Part shown: positions 40,501 to 51,562 of the stretch, piece by piece
Layout: each line of letters opens with the position of its first letter
Position numbering within the stretch: position 1 is the first letter of the stretch
From: Paraspadella gotoi
Lineage: Eukaryota; Animalia; Chaetognatha
Length of the DNA: 64,000 nucleotides
NCBI GenBank assembly: GCA_051294375.1
Contig: CM119263.1
Coordinates: 78,943 to 142,942, forward strand
Direction of reading: 5' to 3'
Translations under genes and position numbers: made by a program
The notes under the pieces: generated by a model
Told to the model about the DNA's origin: nothing
What the model saw: only the letters and a program-made list of their open reading frames with translations
Databases searched by the model: none

Positions 40501-41250
40501 AGCACCGCCACGCCACGAGCATCCGGTCCGATATTCAAGAAACGAACGATCTTACAGGGAGCGAGAGATCGTCGAAGCTATCACATAAAACCCCAACCGC
40601 CGGCGGACAGACCCATATGATATTTCATCGGGTAATTTGGCTCTTGGCTCTATTTTTATATTATTCTTTGTTTTTTTTTTTTGTGTTTTTTTTCTAGTTC
40701 GATAATAGTGAAACGGAAAATTGTTAACGCGATTTTGTGTTTGTGGTATTCTTGGGTCAATGCAACGTAAATCGCTTGAACACGTATGTCCACGAGATGA
40801 TCTTAGATTCGCTAGGCAGTTCGGAAACATCCGAGATAATATGACGTAGAGAGAAGATGAGATGAAGTAGAAAGAGAGAGAGAGGAGAGACGAGGGAGAG
40901 AGAGAGAGAGAGAGAGAGCTAAAGAGAGAGTTAGAGAATGGGGAGCTAAGAAAGTTAGAGTAGTTATCATACCATATAACCATTTGGATATACACTACAG
41001 CAATTTGATAAAATTAGAAACAAACTACGAGAAGAAACAATTAAACATATCCAAGTACTAGCGGGTAGAAAGGGCCACGGATAGTTGATTACGCTCAAGC
41101 TCTGGCAATAGGGATTCTTATATATATTAATGCGAGAGCGTACACGAGATGAGATGTAAAGGTAGACAGAAGAGAATTGAGAGAGAGAAGAGAGTATGAG
41201 ATTAATAAGTAAAGAGATGAAGAGAGAGAGGAGGAGATGTTAAGAGTCGT

Positions 41251-41275
41251 NNNNNNNNNNNNNNNNNNNNNNNNN
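41251..41275. other. Assembly gap (25 N)
   Basis: Run of exactly 25 N. Confidence 1.
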
Positions 41276-41736
41276 GAGAGAGAGAGAGTGTATTTTTACG
41301 TCACGGTTCAATCTTTATCTTTTTCCAGGTCATGTACAACGAAATGAAACGAACGCGCTTGCGCAGTTCAACCACGAAATCCGAAAAACCTTTTATTCTA
41401 TCTTCAATCAACTTTTGACAGATTCGTTTCCAGATCTCAATCTGATAAATAAAAAAAAGGTTTTTTTTTGGCAAAAGATAGTATTTTTTATTGCTATTTT
41501 CTCAAGTCGTGTCTAAGTTTAGTGCGTCTTTAATGATCAGAAGATAATATTATTTAGTCATTTAGTCTTCTTTCGGTGTTTTTCTATTTGTTTGTCAGTC
41601 CGTCTGTTGGTCTGTCCGTCCTTCCGACAGTCAATCCGTCTTCTTCTCTTCTCTCTCTCTCTCTTCTCTCTTTTCTCTCTCTCGTCTCGTCTTTCTCCTC
41701 TCTCTCTCCTTTTGTGCTCTCATCTCTCTCTCCCTC

Positions 41737-41768
<32 letters not shown>

Positions 41769-41999
41769 GTGGTGTCTCGGCCTCCTCTCTCTCTCTTCTC
41801 CTCAATCTCTCTCTGCTCTCTCTTTTCTCTCACTCCTTTCTCCCTCCTTCTCTCCTCTCTCTCTCTCCTCCTTCTCTCATCCTTCTCTCCTCTCTTTCTC
41901 TACTCTCTCTCTCTCTCTCTCTTCTCTCTCTCATCCTCCTCTCTCTCTTCTCCTCTCTCTTCTCTCTCTCTCTTTCTCTCTCTCTTCTCTCTCTTTCTC

Positions 42000-42048
<49 letters not shown>

Positions 42049-42437
42049 CTCACAGAATAGAAATTCCCCCGTTGAGAAAAGAAAGAGGAAAACTCGTTAT
42101 GAAAGAAATTTCTTTTTTATCTCTGGTTTCGATCGCCTAACTCAGAGTCGCTTCTCTTTTCGCTTCTCTCTTCCGCTTCTCTCTTCCGCTTCTCTCTTCC
42201 GCTTCTTGCTCCGCTTCTCGATCAAAGCTTCCGCTTCTCAATTTTCTCTTCTCGATAACGATATTCGCTCTCGATTACTATTTTAAATATCAAATACTAT
42301 TTTTTTCAATTTTCATTTTTGTTTTCTTTGATTTTCACTAATATTTTAATTGTGTTAATTTGCTTCTATGGTTCGTATTTAAAATTTTCTTTTATACTCA
42401 ATCCATTTAACTTTTTAGTTATGTAACTCTAAGTCCC

Positions 42438-42558
42438 AATTCAATTCAATTCAATTAAATTCAAGATTGATTTTTATTCAATTCAATTCAATTCAATTCA
42501 ATTCAAGATTGATTTTTATTCAATTCAATTCAATTCAATTCAAGATTGATTTTTATTC
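42438..42558 (+). repeat. (TTCAA)n punctuated by GATTGATTTTTA, higher-order repeat
   Basis: Three cycles of (TTCAA)4-6 followed by GATTGATTTTTA. Confidence 0.9.
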
Positions 42559-42569
42559 TCATAATTTCC

Positions 42570-42960
42570 GCTTTTTCTAATTCTCGCTTTTTCTAATTCC
42601 CAATTTTCTTATTTCCAACTTTTCCTAGTTTCTACTTTTCCTAAAACCCACCTTTCCTAATTCCCATTTTTCCTAATACACACTTTTCCTAGTTTCTACT
42701 TTTCCTAAAACCCACCTTTCCTAATTCCCATTTTTCCTAATACCCACTTTTCCTAATACCCACTTTTCCTATTTCCCACTCTTTCTAATTCCCCCTTTTC
42801 CTAATTCCCACTTTTCCTAATTCCCACTCTTTCTAATTCCCATTTTTCCTAATTCCCACTTTTCCTAATTCCCATTTTTCCTAATTCCCACTTTTCCTAA
42901 TTCCCATTTTTCCTAATTCCAACTTTTCCTAATTCCCACTTTTCCTAATACCAGTTTTTT
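42570..42960 (+). repeat. 16-bp minisatellite CTTTTCCTAATTCCCA
   Basis: More than 20 tandem variants. The inverted copy TGGGAATTAGGAAAAG lies at 53450-53825. Confidence 0.95.
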
Positions 42961-43939
42961 CCCAATTTTCCCTTCAAGTTTCTTTGTCTCTTTTCTACTA
43001 ATTTTATCCTCGAATTTCTCGTGACGAAATTCCCTCAGTTTTTCAATTAAAGATTTTGAAAAGTGATTTGCTTCTCATTTCTTTTTTTGCCGAGACAAGC
43101 ATTCGGTATTAATGGGATTTTTAATGGTCTGCTGGGGCAAGCTTCCGGCAAGCTTCCGGCATTGTTCGAATAATAGTAGTACTCGTGGAAAGGGTTATCC
43201 AAAAAGATACGAAGGAAGAACACAGATAGCCTTTAGCATTGAAGGAGCTGTAAGGTACAGACAATACCAGGTTGTCACAGAGAGTAATTCTGATAGTTAA
43301 CTAACGCAACTTTGGGACTAGTAATAACATTTGAGAATAGTGCCTATTAAAACTGAACCTGTTACATATGTTTTGTTGAACTGTGCTCTCAAAATAATTT
43401 TTATGTCAATATTTTCCTCTATTCTAAATTTGCATCAATTTTTTTAAACTTTTTTCATTCATATATTAATTAAACTTTGTAATTCCAATTTTGATGCCAG
43501 TCTCATATAGTTTTATATTGTCATTATCCTCTATTTTGTATATAGCAGATCTTACAACTTCTCATTATAGCAAGTTGATATTATTTTTTTTAGTGTAAGT
43601 ACATCATTATGTTTTAATTTATCCAAATCCATTAATGTTATCTTATTATGTTTATTGCCTATATTTACTAATACATACGTATTAATTTTCATTTATATAC
43701 TTATAATCTTGAATACTATTGTTTATAATTGTTGTCGATTAATTTTATTTCAATCTTTGTGCATCCCATATTTCTTGTTGCTATTTTCTTCAACGTTAGA
43801 GTCATTATAAAAAATAGTTTATATATATGAATTATACTTTTGCCCACATACCGAATTTTATTTGATAAACCGTGAATCCTATGTTTGGTCTTATATACCA
43901 AGATTCCATTCCAGATTTAAGACAAAGTTTAAGTTTTTT

Positions 43940-43980
43940 ATGCTGATGAAAGGCTTGTAAGTTAAGCGAAACATGTCCCG
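43940..43980 (+). ncRNA. Minimal type I hammerhead-ribozyme-like motif (degenerate stem I)
   Basis: ATG-CTGATGA-AAG-GCTTG-TAAGT-TAAGC-GAAAC-AT-GTC. Both core boxes, stem II and the palindromic ACATGT stem III are present. Stem I pairs poorly. Confidence 0.6.
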
Positions 43981-44218
43981 TTTTTATCAAAATTAAATCC
44001 GTGTTGAAAATATCCCATTTACAAACCTTTCTAATAGGGTTAATAATAATAGTTTTTAAGGCATTTTGCATTCACCTTTAATGAAAATAATTTTTCTAAA
44101 AAGAGCTATTATTTCCCTTTTTGTAAGGCAATACCACGAACCTGCCTTTTTAAATGCGAAAAAAACACATTTTTAATAATAATTGCATACATTTCTTATG
44201 GTGGAGTACTTATGTATA

Positions 44219-45028
44219 TAAAGCGTAGTGGATAGTTACGTATGAAATTCTGACAACACATAACATCAAGTGAACATTAATTTGTAAAAAAATTAACTTT
44301 TATGTTTTTTTAATTTTTGCGCAGTAGGACTATATTATATATAGTACTATCCTTATTAAAAATCCGAAAAATTTAAATAATAAGTCTTTTTTTTAATTTT
44401 GAATTGCAGCAGCTTGAATCGCTCGAGCTCAGAGAAGTTTTGATAAAAGAAATGGTAAATCAAATAAAATTATTCATTTTAAGTGGGTTAAAAATTTAAA
44501 AACTATATTTAAAACATAAAATTTTAATTTCAGGTAAAATATAGCTTTTTATAAGTGGGTTAAAAATTAAAATTAAACTATATTTAAAATATAAAATTTA
44601 ATTTTCAGTGCTTTAAAAATTTTTTTTTTTTTAGCTTTTTTTAATTTTTGACACCACTTAATTGAAGAAATTTTTCAAAAGAAGTTATAGTTTCCTGTTT
44701 TATCAACTTTTTTGTGACGAATCCCAATTCTGAAAAAATCTTAGAAAATTTTAACATTTATTGAATTAGTACTACTGTATAGTATAATATGGCCTATGCG
44801 TAAATTGTAAAATTATTATAAATTTTTTATACATAAAAAAAATCTAAAAAAATTTAAACATTTTATTGAGATTAGTAGCTACTGTACTAAGTATAAATAT
44901 GGCCTACTGCATAAATTGTAAAATTTATTATAAATTTTTTTATACATAAATATTTATTTATATATGTTTGTCGTTCCTCACTTTTAGAATTTTAATTAAA
45001 GTTAAATTTAGAAATTTTACTACGCTTA
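44219..45028 (+). mobile_element. hAT-type non-autonomous DNA transposon (MITE), about 810 bp
   Basis: Termini TAAAGCGTAGT...ACTACGCTTA. The left flank ATGTATA matches the right flank ATGTATAA as read in the mirrored copy at 63763-63770. Homologous to 48162-48775 in the opposite orientation, with internal duplications. Confidence 0.75.
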
Positions 45029-45550
45029 ATGTTAAATATGGGCGTATTAAATTTTGTTTATTTAAAAATGTTCACAGGTACAAGCCTGTTTCATGATCTA
45101 TCTATTCGAATTTTGATTCTACTTAATTTTTTATTTTTGCTACGCTTTATTGTTCATTTGTTAAGACAGAAAAACCTTAAACCTCAGCGACTACTAGCGC
45201 CCGCCTTTTTGTTTTTTTTTAATATAATTTAAAAACTATAAAAAATAAAAGTCCAGTAAGCGTCGAAAATACAAGGAATAACACGGGAAAACAAAGTCAC
45301 TTCGGCGCAAAACGACATTTGAATTTCCCTTCTTCTTAGTTTTTTAATGAATAATATTTTTTTATTTTTCGTCGCGAAATATTTTTTCTTTTATCCTGCG
45401 TTTGAGTTTTTCCTTAGATTTGATTCAACGCGGAAAAGAATTAGTAGAGAGAGAGAGGGGAGAGGAGAGAGAGAAAGAATTAGTAGCGCTTCGAAAAGAT
45501 TCTTCAAAAGATTTTTAATTTATCCAGGCTTTTAAAAAAAGCGGGGAGAA

Positions 45551-45587
<37 letters not shown>

Positions 45588-45861
45588 AATATTTTACAAT
45601 TGTCAAAAATCTTAATAAAATATAAGATTTAATTTTATACGATAAAAGTTAAATTAAAAATTTAAGCGTTTGTTCTCTTTTTTCCTACTACATTTTTTTT
45701 ATTTTTATACAATTTCATTTCTTTTTTTATTTTTATTTTTATTTTTACAATTAATCCTCGTGAAAGGATTTGGGTCGAACAACACATTTCGTCCTTTTCC
45801 TCATTTTTTTTTTCATGATCCTGAAAATTCCCCTTGAGGTTTTCCCCCGCGAGGATGTCGG

Positions 45862-45985
45862 CGCCGCCTCCCACCGCCCGCCGCCTCCGCCGCCTCCACC
45901 GCCGCCGCCTCCGCCGCTCCACCGCCGCCGCCCTCCCACCGTCACCGCCCACCACCGCCGCAACCGCCGCCGCCGCCCGCGCCAT
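45862..45985 (+). repeat. (CCG/CCA)n GC-rich microsatellite
   Basis: Imperfect CCG repeats, mirrored at 62812-62938. Confidence 0.9.
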
Positions 45986-48161
45986 CCTCTTCCACCCACC
46001 GAGGCGCCGAGATTTTGATAGAAAAAAACTTCCGTCGTTCGCATCATAATGAAGTTGGGAGAGAAAATAGAGATAGAGCGACGCGTCGACGCATTCATTA
46101 GTTTACTTATTTTTCTTTCGCAGCTTTATCAATTATTGGTTAAACTATCTTGTGAAAAATCTACCACAAATTTGTTAATTGTTCAAGATTAGCTCTGACA
46201 ACCAAAAATAAAATTCGTTGTACTTTTGTTTTGAAATTAATTTTGTTTAAGTTTCAATCTCCGCTGCTCAAATCTTGAAAAACTTCTCTTTAATTGTTTA
46301 ATTTTAATTGAAGTCGAATAATCTTTAATCGAATGTATATTCCGAATCCTACATATTATACAGTTAGTTATATTACTTACATACCCAGGAAGATCGTAAA
46401 TTAGGCGCAAAGCGAATATTTTTAGAAATAAAAGCAACGAAAGCTCAATCAAAAATGTTGATTTTTCTTCAAATAAAGAATTTTTTTTAGATTCTCGCAA
46501 AGCTTTTCATTTACATGTATAACTATTTTAATTCCTGCCACCCCAAGCCTTTCTCCTCCTCCTCCTCCTCCTCCTCCTCCTCCTCCTCCTCCGATCTCTT
46601 TCGTTTCAATTCTTTCTTACCTTTTTTTCCTTTTTACATTCAACTCTTAACTCTCTAATTCATTTTCTCTTCACTCTCTTCACCAATTCTGTACAATTCC
46701 TGTCCCTTTCTTACTCTCTTGTCTATCTTACTCTCTTGTCTATCCTCTATCTTATCCATCCTACCCAATTCTATCCAATTCCTATCCATTTCTTACTCTC
46801 CGCGGTTCAAAATAATTCGTGGTCGATTGAAATAGGTCTATAAAAAGAAGGAGCTCAATTTCAAAATTGTCGAAACGAAACGAAGAGGCCAGTAAAATGC
46901 GTTAAAACTGTCTAGAATATGAGAAACGCCTTTTCTTACCTAGATGTGCTTTTGGCGTCGGTTTTCTTCTTTTACGACTTCGGTTTATTTTCTTTCCTCC
47001 TTTTTTTCTTTCTTTCTTACCTTTCCTCCTTTTTCTTTCCTAATTTTTCTTTCCTCCTTTTTTTTCTTTTCTTTTTTTTCCTTTCCTCCCTTTTTCTCTT
47101 CCTCATTTTTTTCTTTCTTTGTTCCTTTCTTCTTTTTTCTTTCCTCTTTTTTCCTTTTCTTCAATTTTCCTATCCTCCTTGTTCCTTCCCTCCTTTTTTC
47201 CTTTCCTCATTTTTTTTCCTTTTCTCCTTTTTTTATTTCCTTCTTTTTCTTTTTTCCTTTCTCTTTCCTCCTTTTTTCCTTTCCATTTTTCTTTCTTTTT
47301 TTTCTTGTTTTCCTCATTTTACTGCGTCTTACCTGCTCCTCGTTTTTCCTTACCTTACTTCCGGTTCTTTCTCTTAACCTTTCACCACTTTTTCTGGCTT
47401 TTTATTGTATATATACAACTCACTTTTTAGTTTTATAGTAAGGTAGCATAATTATATCGTATTTGTGAAGTCACGTGATTGACTCTTAAAAAGCGATTAC
47501 ATGATTTTTTGGTTGCGCTTTTATTATTCTCATTGACTCGGAAAGTACGTATTTCGAATCGAAGATACTGCTGGCGCTACCTTTTGATTTTAACTTAATA
47601 AATATGAAATTCGACGCTGTGCTTGCCGAAAGTACACGGCGCAACTCAGTTTTTTAATTCCTTTCTTGTTTTCTTTCTTTTTTTCATTCTTCCCATTTTT
47701 CCTACCTTCTCCACCTCCCCTTACCACGTTCCGTCTATCTTTTTTCCTACCAATTTACTCCATTTTTCCTTCAGTCGTTTCCCTTTTTTTTGTTCCCATC
47801 CGAGCCTCTTGGCCTGATTAGCTTTTGTCTTTTATTTTCCTTTCTTTTTTATCGGTTTTAACTAATCGACCGCGCAGACGTCAGCGCCGGCGCTTGGTAA
47901 GGTAAGGCCACTTCTCTCTTCCTCTTGACAGGGTAAGTCAAGGTTAGGTCTCACACAATTCTAATATCTTATTCTCATTTGGTTTCCCTTAATTCATCGC
48001 CTTAAGGCAAGTCTTCCCCTTTATACTTTTTTCTCCTTTCCTCTATCATTCTTCCCACACAAGGCTTCACGTTCTAATCCCATTTAAACATAGTTCGTCT
48101 CTTTCCTCTTATTCTTCCCTCAAAGACTTCAGTTCTAATGCCATCCTCAAACAATGAGTAG

Positions 48162-48775
48162 TAAGGCGTAGTAAAAATTCCTAAGTTTAACTTTAATTAA
48201 AATCTAAAAGTGAGGAACGAACAACATTTAACTTTGAATATTTATGCATAAAAATTATAATAAATTTTACAATATTTACGCAGTAGGTCCATATTTATAC
48301 TAGTACTAAACCAAAAATGTTAAAATTTTAAAACAGTTTTTTCTAAGATTTTTTGGGCAGATTTGGATTCGTCATAAAAAGTTGTTAAAAAGAAATATAA
48401 CTCTTTTTGAAAAATTCCTTCATTAAGTGGGTAAAAAATTAGAAAAAGCTATATTTTAAGCTGAAAATTAATTTTTTTTATATATTAAATGTAGTTTTTT
48501 TAATTTTTAACCCCTTAATAAAAGAATTTTTAATAAATGATTTAATATTTTCTTTTATCAACTTTTGACGAGAAATTCAAATCTGCATAAAAATTAAGAA
48601 AAGCCTATTTTTAATTTTTTTTTATTTTTTAAGGATAGTACTATATATAAATATAGCCTACTGCGAAAATCAAAAACAAAAAAATTAATTTTTTTTAACA
48701 ATAAATGTTCACTGATGGTATGTTGTCATAATTGACTTTTAGAAATTTTCGTATGTAACTTTCAACGACGCTTTA
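48162..48775 (-). mobile_element. hAT-type MITE, 614 bp, with 8-bp target-site duplication
   Basis: ATGAGTAG|TAAGGCGTAGTAAAA...TTCAACGACGCTTTA|ATGAGTAG. Exact 8-bp direct flanks, short imperfect TIRs fitting the hAT YARNG start, and no ORF. Confidence 0.85.
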
Positions 48776-49646
48776 ATGAGTAGGTGTGGCAATTATTATA
48801 ATTGCCAATAGGTCCTCTTTCAGCTAAATCACTCACAGCTGTCCAACCTCATAACTATAATCCTCCCTTTTAAACTTACCTTCTTTTTTCCGTCGACCCA
48901 ATTAAAAACCGCAATTCTTCCCCCACAATCCGACCACACAAACCACGCCCACTTATGTCCTCAACGCGCGCCCGCGTCTCGTCAACCGGAAGTCGCGCGT
49001 TCGAACGCCTTTCCGTCACGGGACGCGTTTCGCGACGTCGCGTCCTTCGTCGTTCGTCGCACGCACGTTGCACGCGCTACTACATGCGGCGTGCACGCGA
49101 TCCCGAGTTGGTAAAAAGTAAAATTTTTCCGACGTCGAATTTTTTTTCGTTTGAAAAGAAATTTTTAAATTTTTTATCAAAAGATTTTATTTCGTCGTTA
49201 AATTTAGATGGAATCAAATTCAAATTGCTTCATTTCTCATTTTTTTAATACAAATTTTGACCATTTATAAAAAGTTAATTCATCCACAATAATTTTTATA
49301 AACGAATGAAAACTATTTTCCATCAATCTTTAATGTTTCTTTTATTGACTAATTGTTTTGGGTTATTTTTTTTCGAACGTATGTACATAGTACATTGTAC
49401 ACAACAATACAAACGTAACAGAATCAACTCTTTTTTCCTTCTTTAAATTGACAAAAATACAAATACACATAGTTTTATTACGGATGTTTTATTATATTCT
49501 CAACTATTCCATAATTCTTTTTATTTTAATTACTTTTCTCTCTCTCTCTCTCTCTCTCCTATCTTTTCTCGAGCTCCGTCTCATCTCTCTCTCCTCTCAT
49601 CCTCGATCAGTCTCTTCCTTCGTCTCTCTCTCGTCTTCCTCTTCTC

Positions 49647-49671
49647 NNNNNNNNNNNNNNNNNNNNNNNNN
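49647..49671. other. Assembly gap (25 N)
   Basis: Run of exactly 25 N. About 80 nt before the gap (49475-49555) is repeated after it. Confidence 1.
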
Positions 49672-50974
49672 TATACGATTTGTTTTATTATATTCTCACT
49701 ATCTCATAAATTCTTTTTTATTTTAACTTCTTCTCTCTCTCTCTTACTCCACGAGAAATAAAAATGTAGGCCTTCAGTTGGGACCAAGGCATGACCCGGT
49801 TGGTTCAACTTACAGGGTGAAGACCCCAAATTAGGATATTATTAGCAGCGGTGACTCATTCTAACTCACTCGTGAGGCTTGCATTTGAGGTACTTACCCA
49901 AAATAGAAAAAACCGACCTCTCGTAAAAATTATAGAACTGTTTAAGCGTAACATACTGCTTATTAATCGCTTGTTACAATTTCTAAACAAAATGTAGGTT
50001 CACTATTTGAAGTGCTAGAATATTCTGCAAAAATTAATCCTGTACTTGATTATATTTTTATTTTTTGGTTGTTAGATGGTCAGTCAGTCTATTATAGCTT
50101 ATATTCTTTTTTATATAAATAGAGATGTAATCAGAGTAACATTAGTAAACAACCCATCACAAAGTGTATTATCAAAATGATACTTTTATCTAATATATCT
50201 CTTAATCTGACTAATAATTTAAAATTAAAATATTTCATCTAATATTTATTATTTTAATTAAACAAAATAATAATATTACCATAACTAAAACCAAAAATAA
50301 TTAAAGATAAATAAAATTATTTATAATTCAAAATTCAAGCACCCTAATCCAATGCTGCTACATTAATCATTGAAACAATAAAATACTCCAATCAACTCAA
50401 ATCAATTATTTAAACCATTACCGAAAAAACAATAAATAATAAATACTTAACTTAATAAATAACATAATTATTCCGCCACACCCAATCGATTCTCACTCTC
50501 CTGTCTCTTTATTCTTTTCAACACCGTGTTCCCCCAACTTCACCATCTCTTTGGTGTGCGTTCCATTTCGCGCACCTCCAAATTAACTTGCTCCTAACCA
50601 GGTGTGTGAAGGAATTTGCTTATGAGACTGGAAGCGAAGTTTCTAGATTCCCCCTCCCGCACCTCCCCTAGCCCATTTTTGAATGAAGATGTCAAACCGG
50701 TCTCTGTTACAACAAACACCACAAACCCCGAACAAAAAAAAAAAGAACAAGCGTGATATTTCTTTGCATCCATATTGCAACCGCCCAAGATAACGACACA
50801 GTCCGAAAATGGGTTATGTCCATTCGCTCTCTAATCAAAATTAATTATTCTTGACAACAATATAAAAAACTATTTTTTTCTTTTTCATCTAAAAAGTAGT
50901 GTGCATATTATATTAATTTTAGGAAAGAAACAAAAATTTCAGTTAGGTTTAGCAACATATTGTTTTATTAACAT

Positions 50975-51021
50975 AATGCCTTCATGTTTTCGAACTCTGA
51001 ATTCGAGTCTTCATCAGCATT
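50975..51021 (-). ncRNA. Minimal type I hammerhead-ribozyme-like motif (cleavage triplet degraded)
   Basis: Minus strand AATG-CTGATGA-A-GACTC-GAATTCA-GAGTTC-GAAAAC-AT-GAAGG-CATT. Stem I, both core boxes and stem II are present, but GTC is replaced. Confidence 0.65.
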
Positions 51022-51519
51022 TGAAAATTCACAAACTTTTAGTTATTATCAATAACTTATGGAGATGTAAAAAAAAGGAGAGAGAAGTTTGAGAGGAGAG
51101 AAGAAAGAAAGAAAGAGAGGGAGTGTGTTCCCTCACCTTTGTATACTTATCTATCCCTCACCAACTTATTCATTCACTTTCAAATTTCAATTCTTCATTG
51201 TTTTTACTATTTCAAATGTTCCAATTTTCACAACAATTAAATTTATTAACCTTTGTTACTTATTTTATTTTTTTTCTGTGTTCTTTGTTGCTAATATTGT
51301 CTCCACCTCTCTCTCTTCTTTTCAACCAAATTTTTCTTAAATTTGCTTACTCTTCTCTTTCTTCACTCTCACCTGTTTCTCACATCTGAACCACTTATCC
51401 TTTACCTTAATTCATTCTTCATTCTTTCTGTCTCTCAAAAATCTCTCTTCTCCTTTTTACTCTCTCTTCTCTCTTTCAAAGTTATTTGATTAAATAACTA
51501 AAAGTTTGGTAAATTTTCA

Positions 51520-51562
51520 AATGCTGATGGAAGACTCGAAGAAGAGTCAAAACACGTCCATT
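51520..51562 (+). ncRNA. Minimal type I hammerhead-ribozyme-like motif (two core deviations)
   Basis: AATG-CTGATGGA-A-GACTC-GAAGAA-GAGTC-AAAAC-AC-GTC-CATT. It has a 4-bp stem I, a 5-bp stem II and a GTC triplet. There is an extra G in CTGATGA, and GAAA reads AAAA. Confidence 0.7.

Larger units (their letters stand above)
41276..43226 (+). repeat. Block Y, inverted copy at 53176-55190
   Basis: CCGGCATTGTTCGAATAATAGTAGTACTCGTGGAAAGGGTTATCC (43156) is reverse-complemented at about 53201-53245. Confidence 0.95.
44760..49480 (+). repeat. Block W, inverted copy at 59280-64000 (continues past the window)
   Basis: ACAAAAATACAAATACACATAGTTTT (49451) is reverse-complemented at 59280. The (CCG)n, (CCT)n and polypyrimidine tracts are mirrored in order. 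Confidence 0.95.

Noticed and set aside
41276-49646. Near-equal lengths (about 8.36-8.37 kb) of two gap-bounded segments
   Set aside because: The segments are unrelated in sequence. Coincidence or an assembly effect, with no biological reading supportable.
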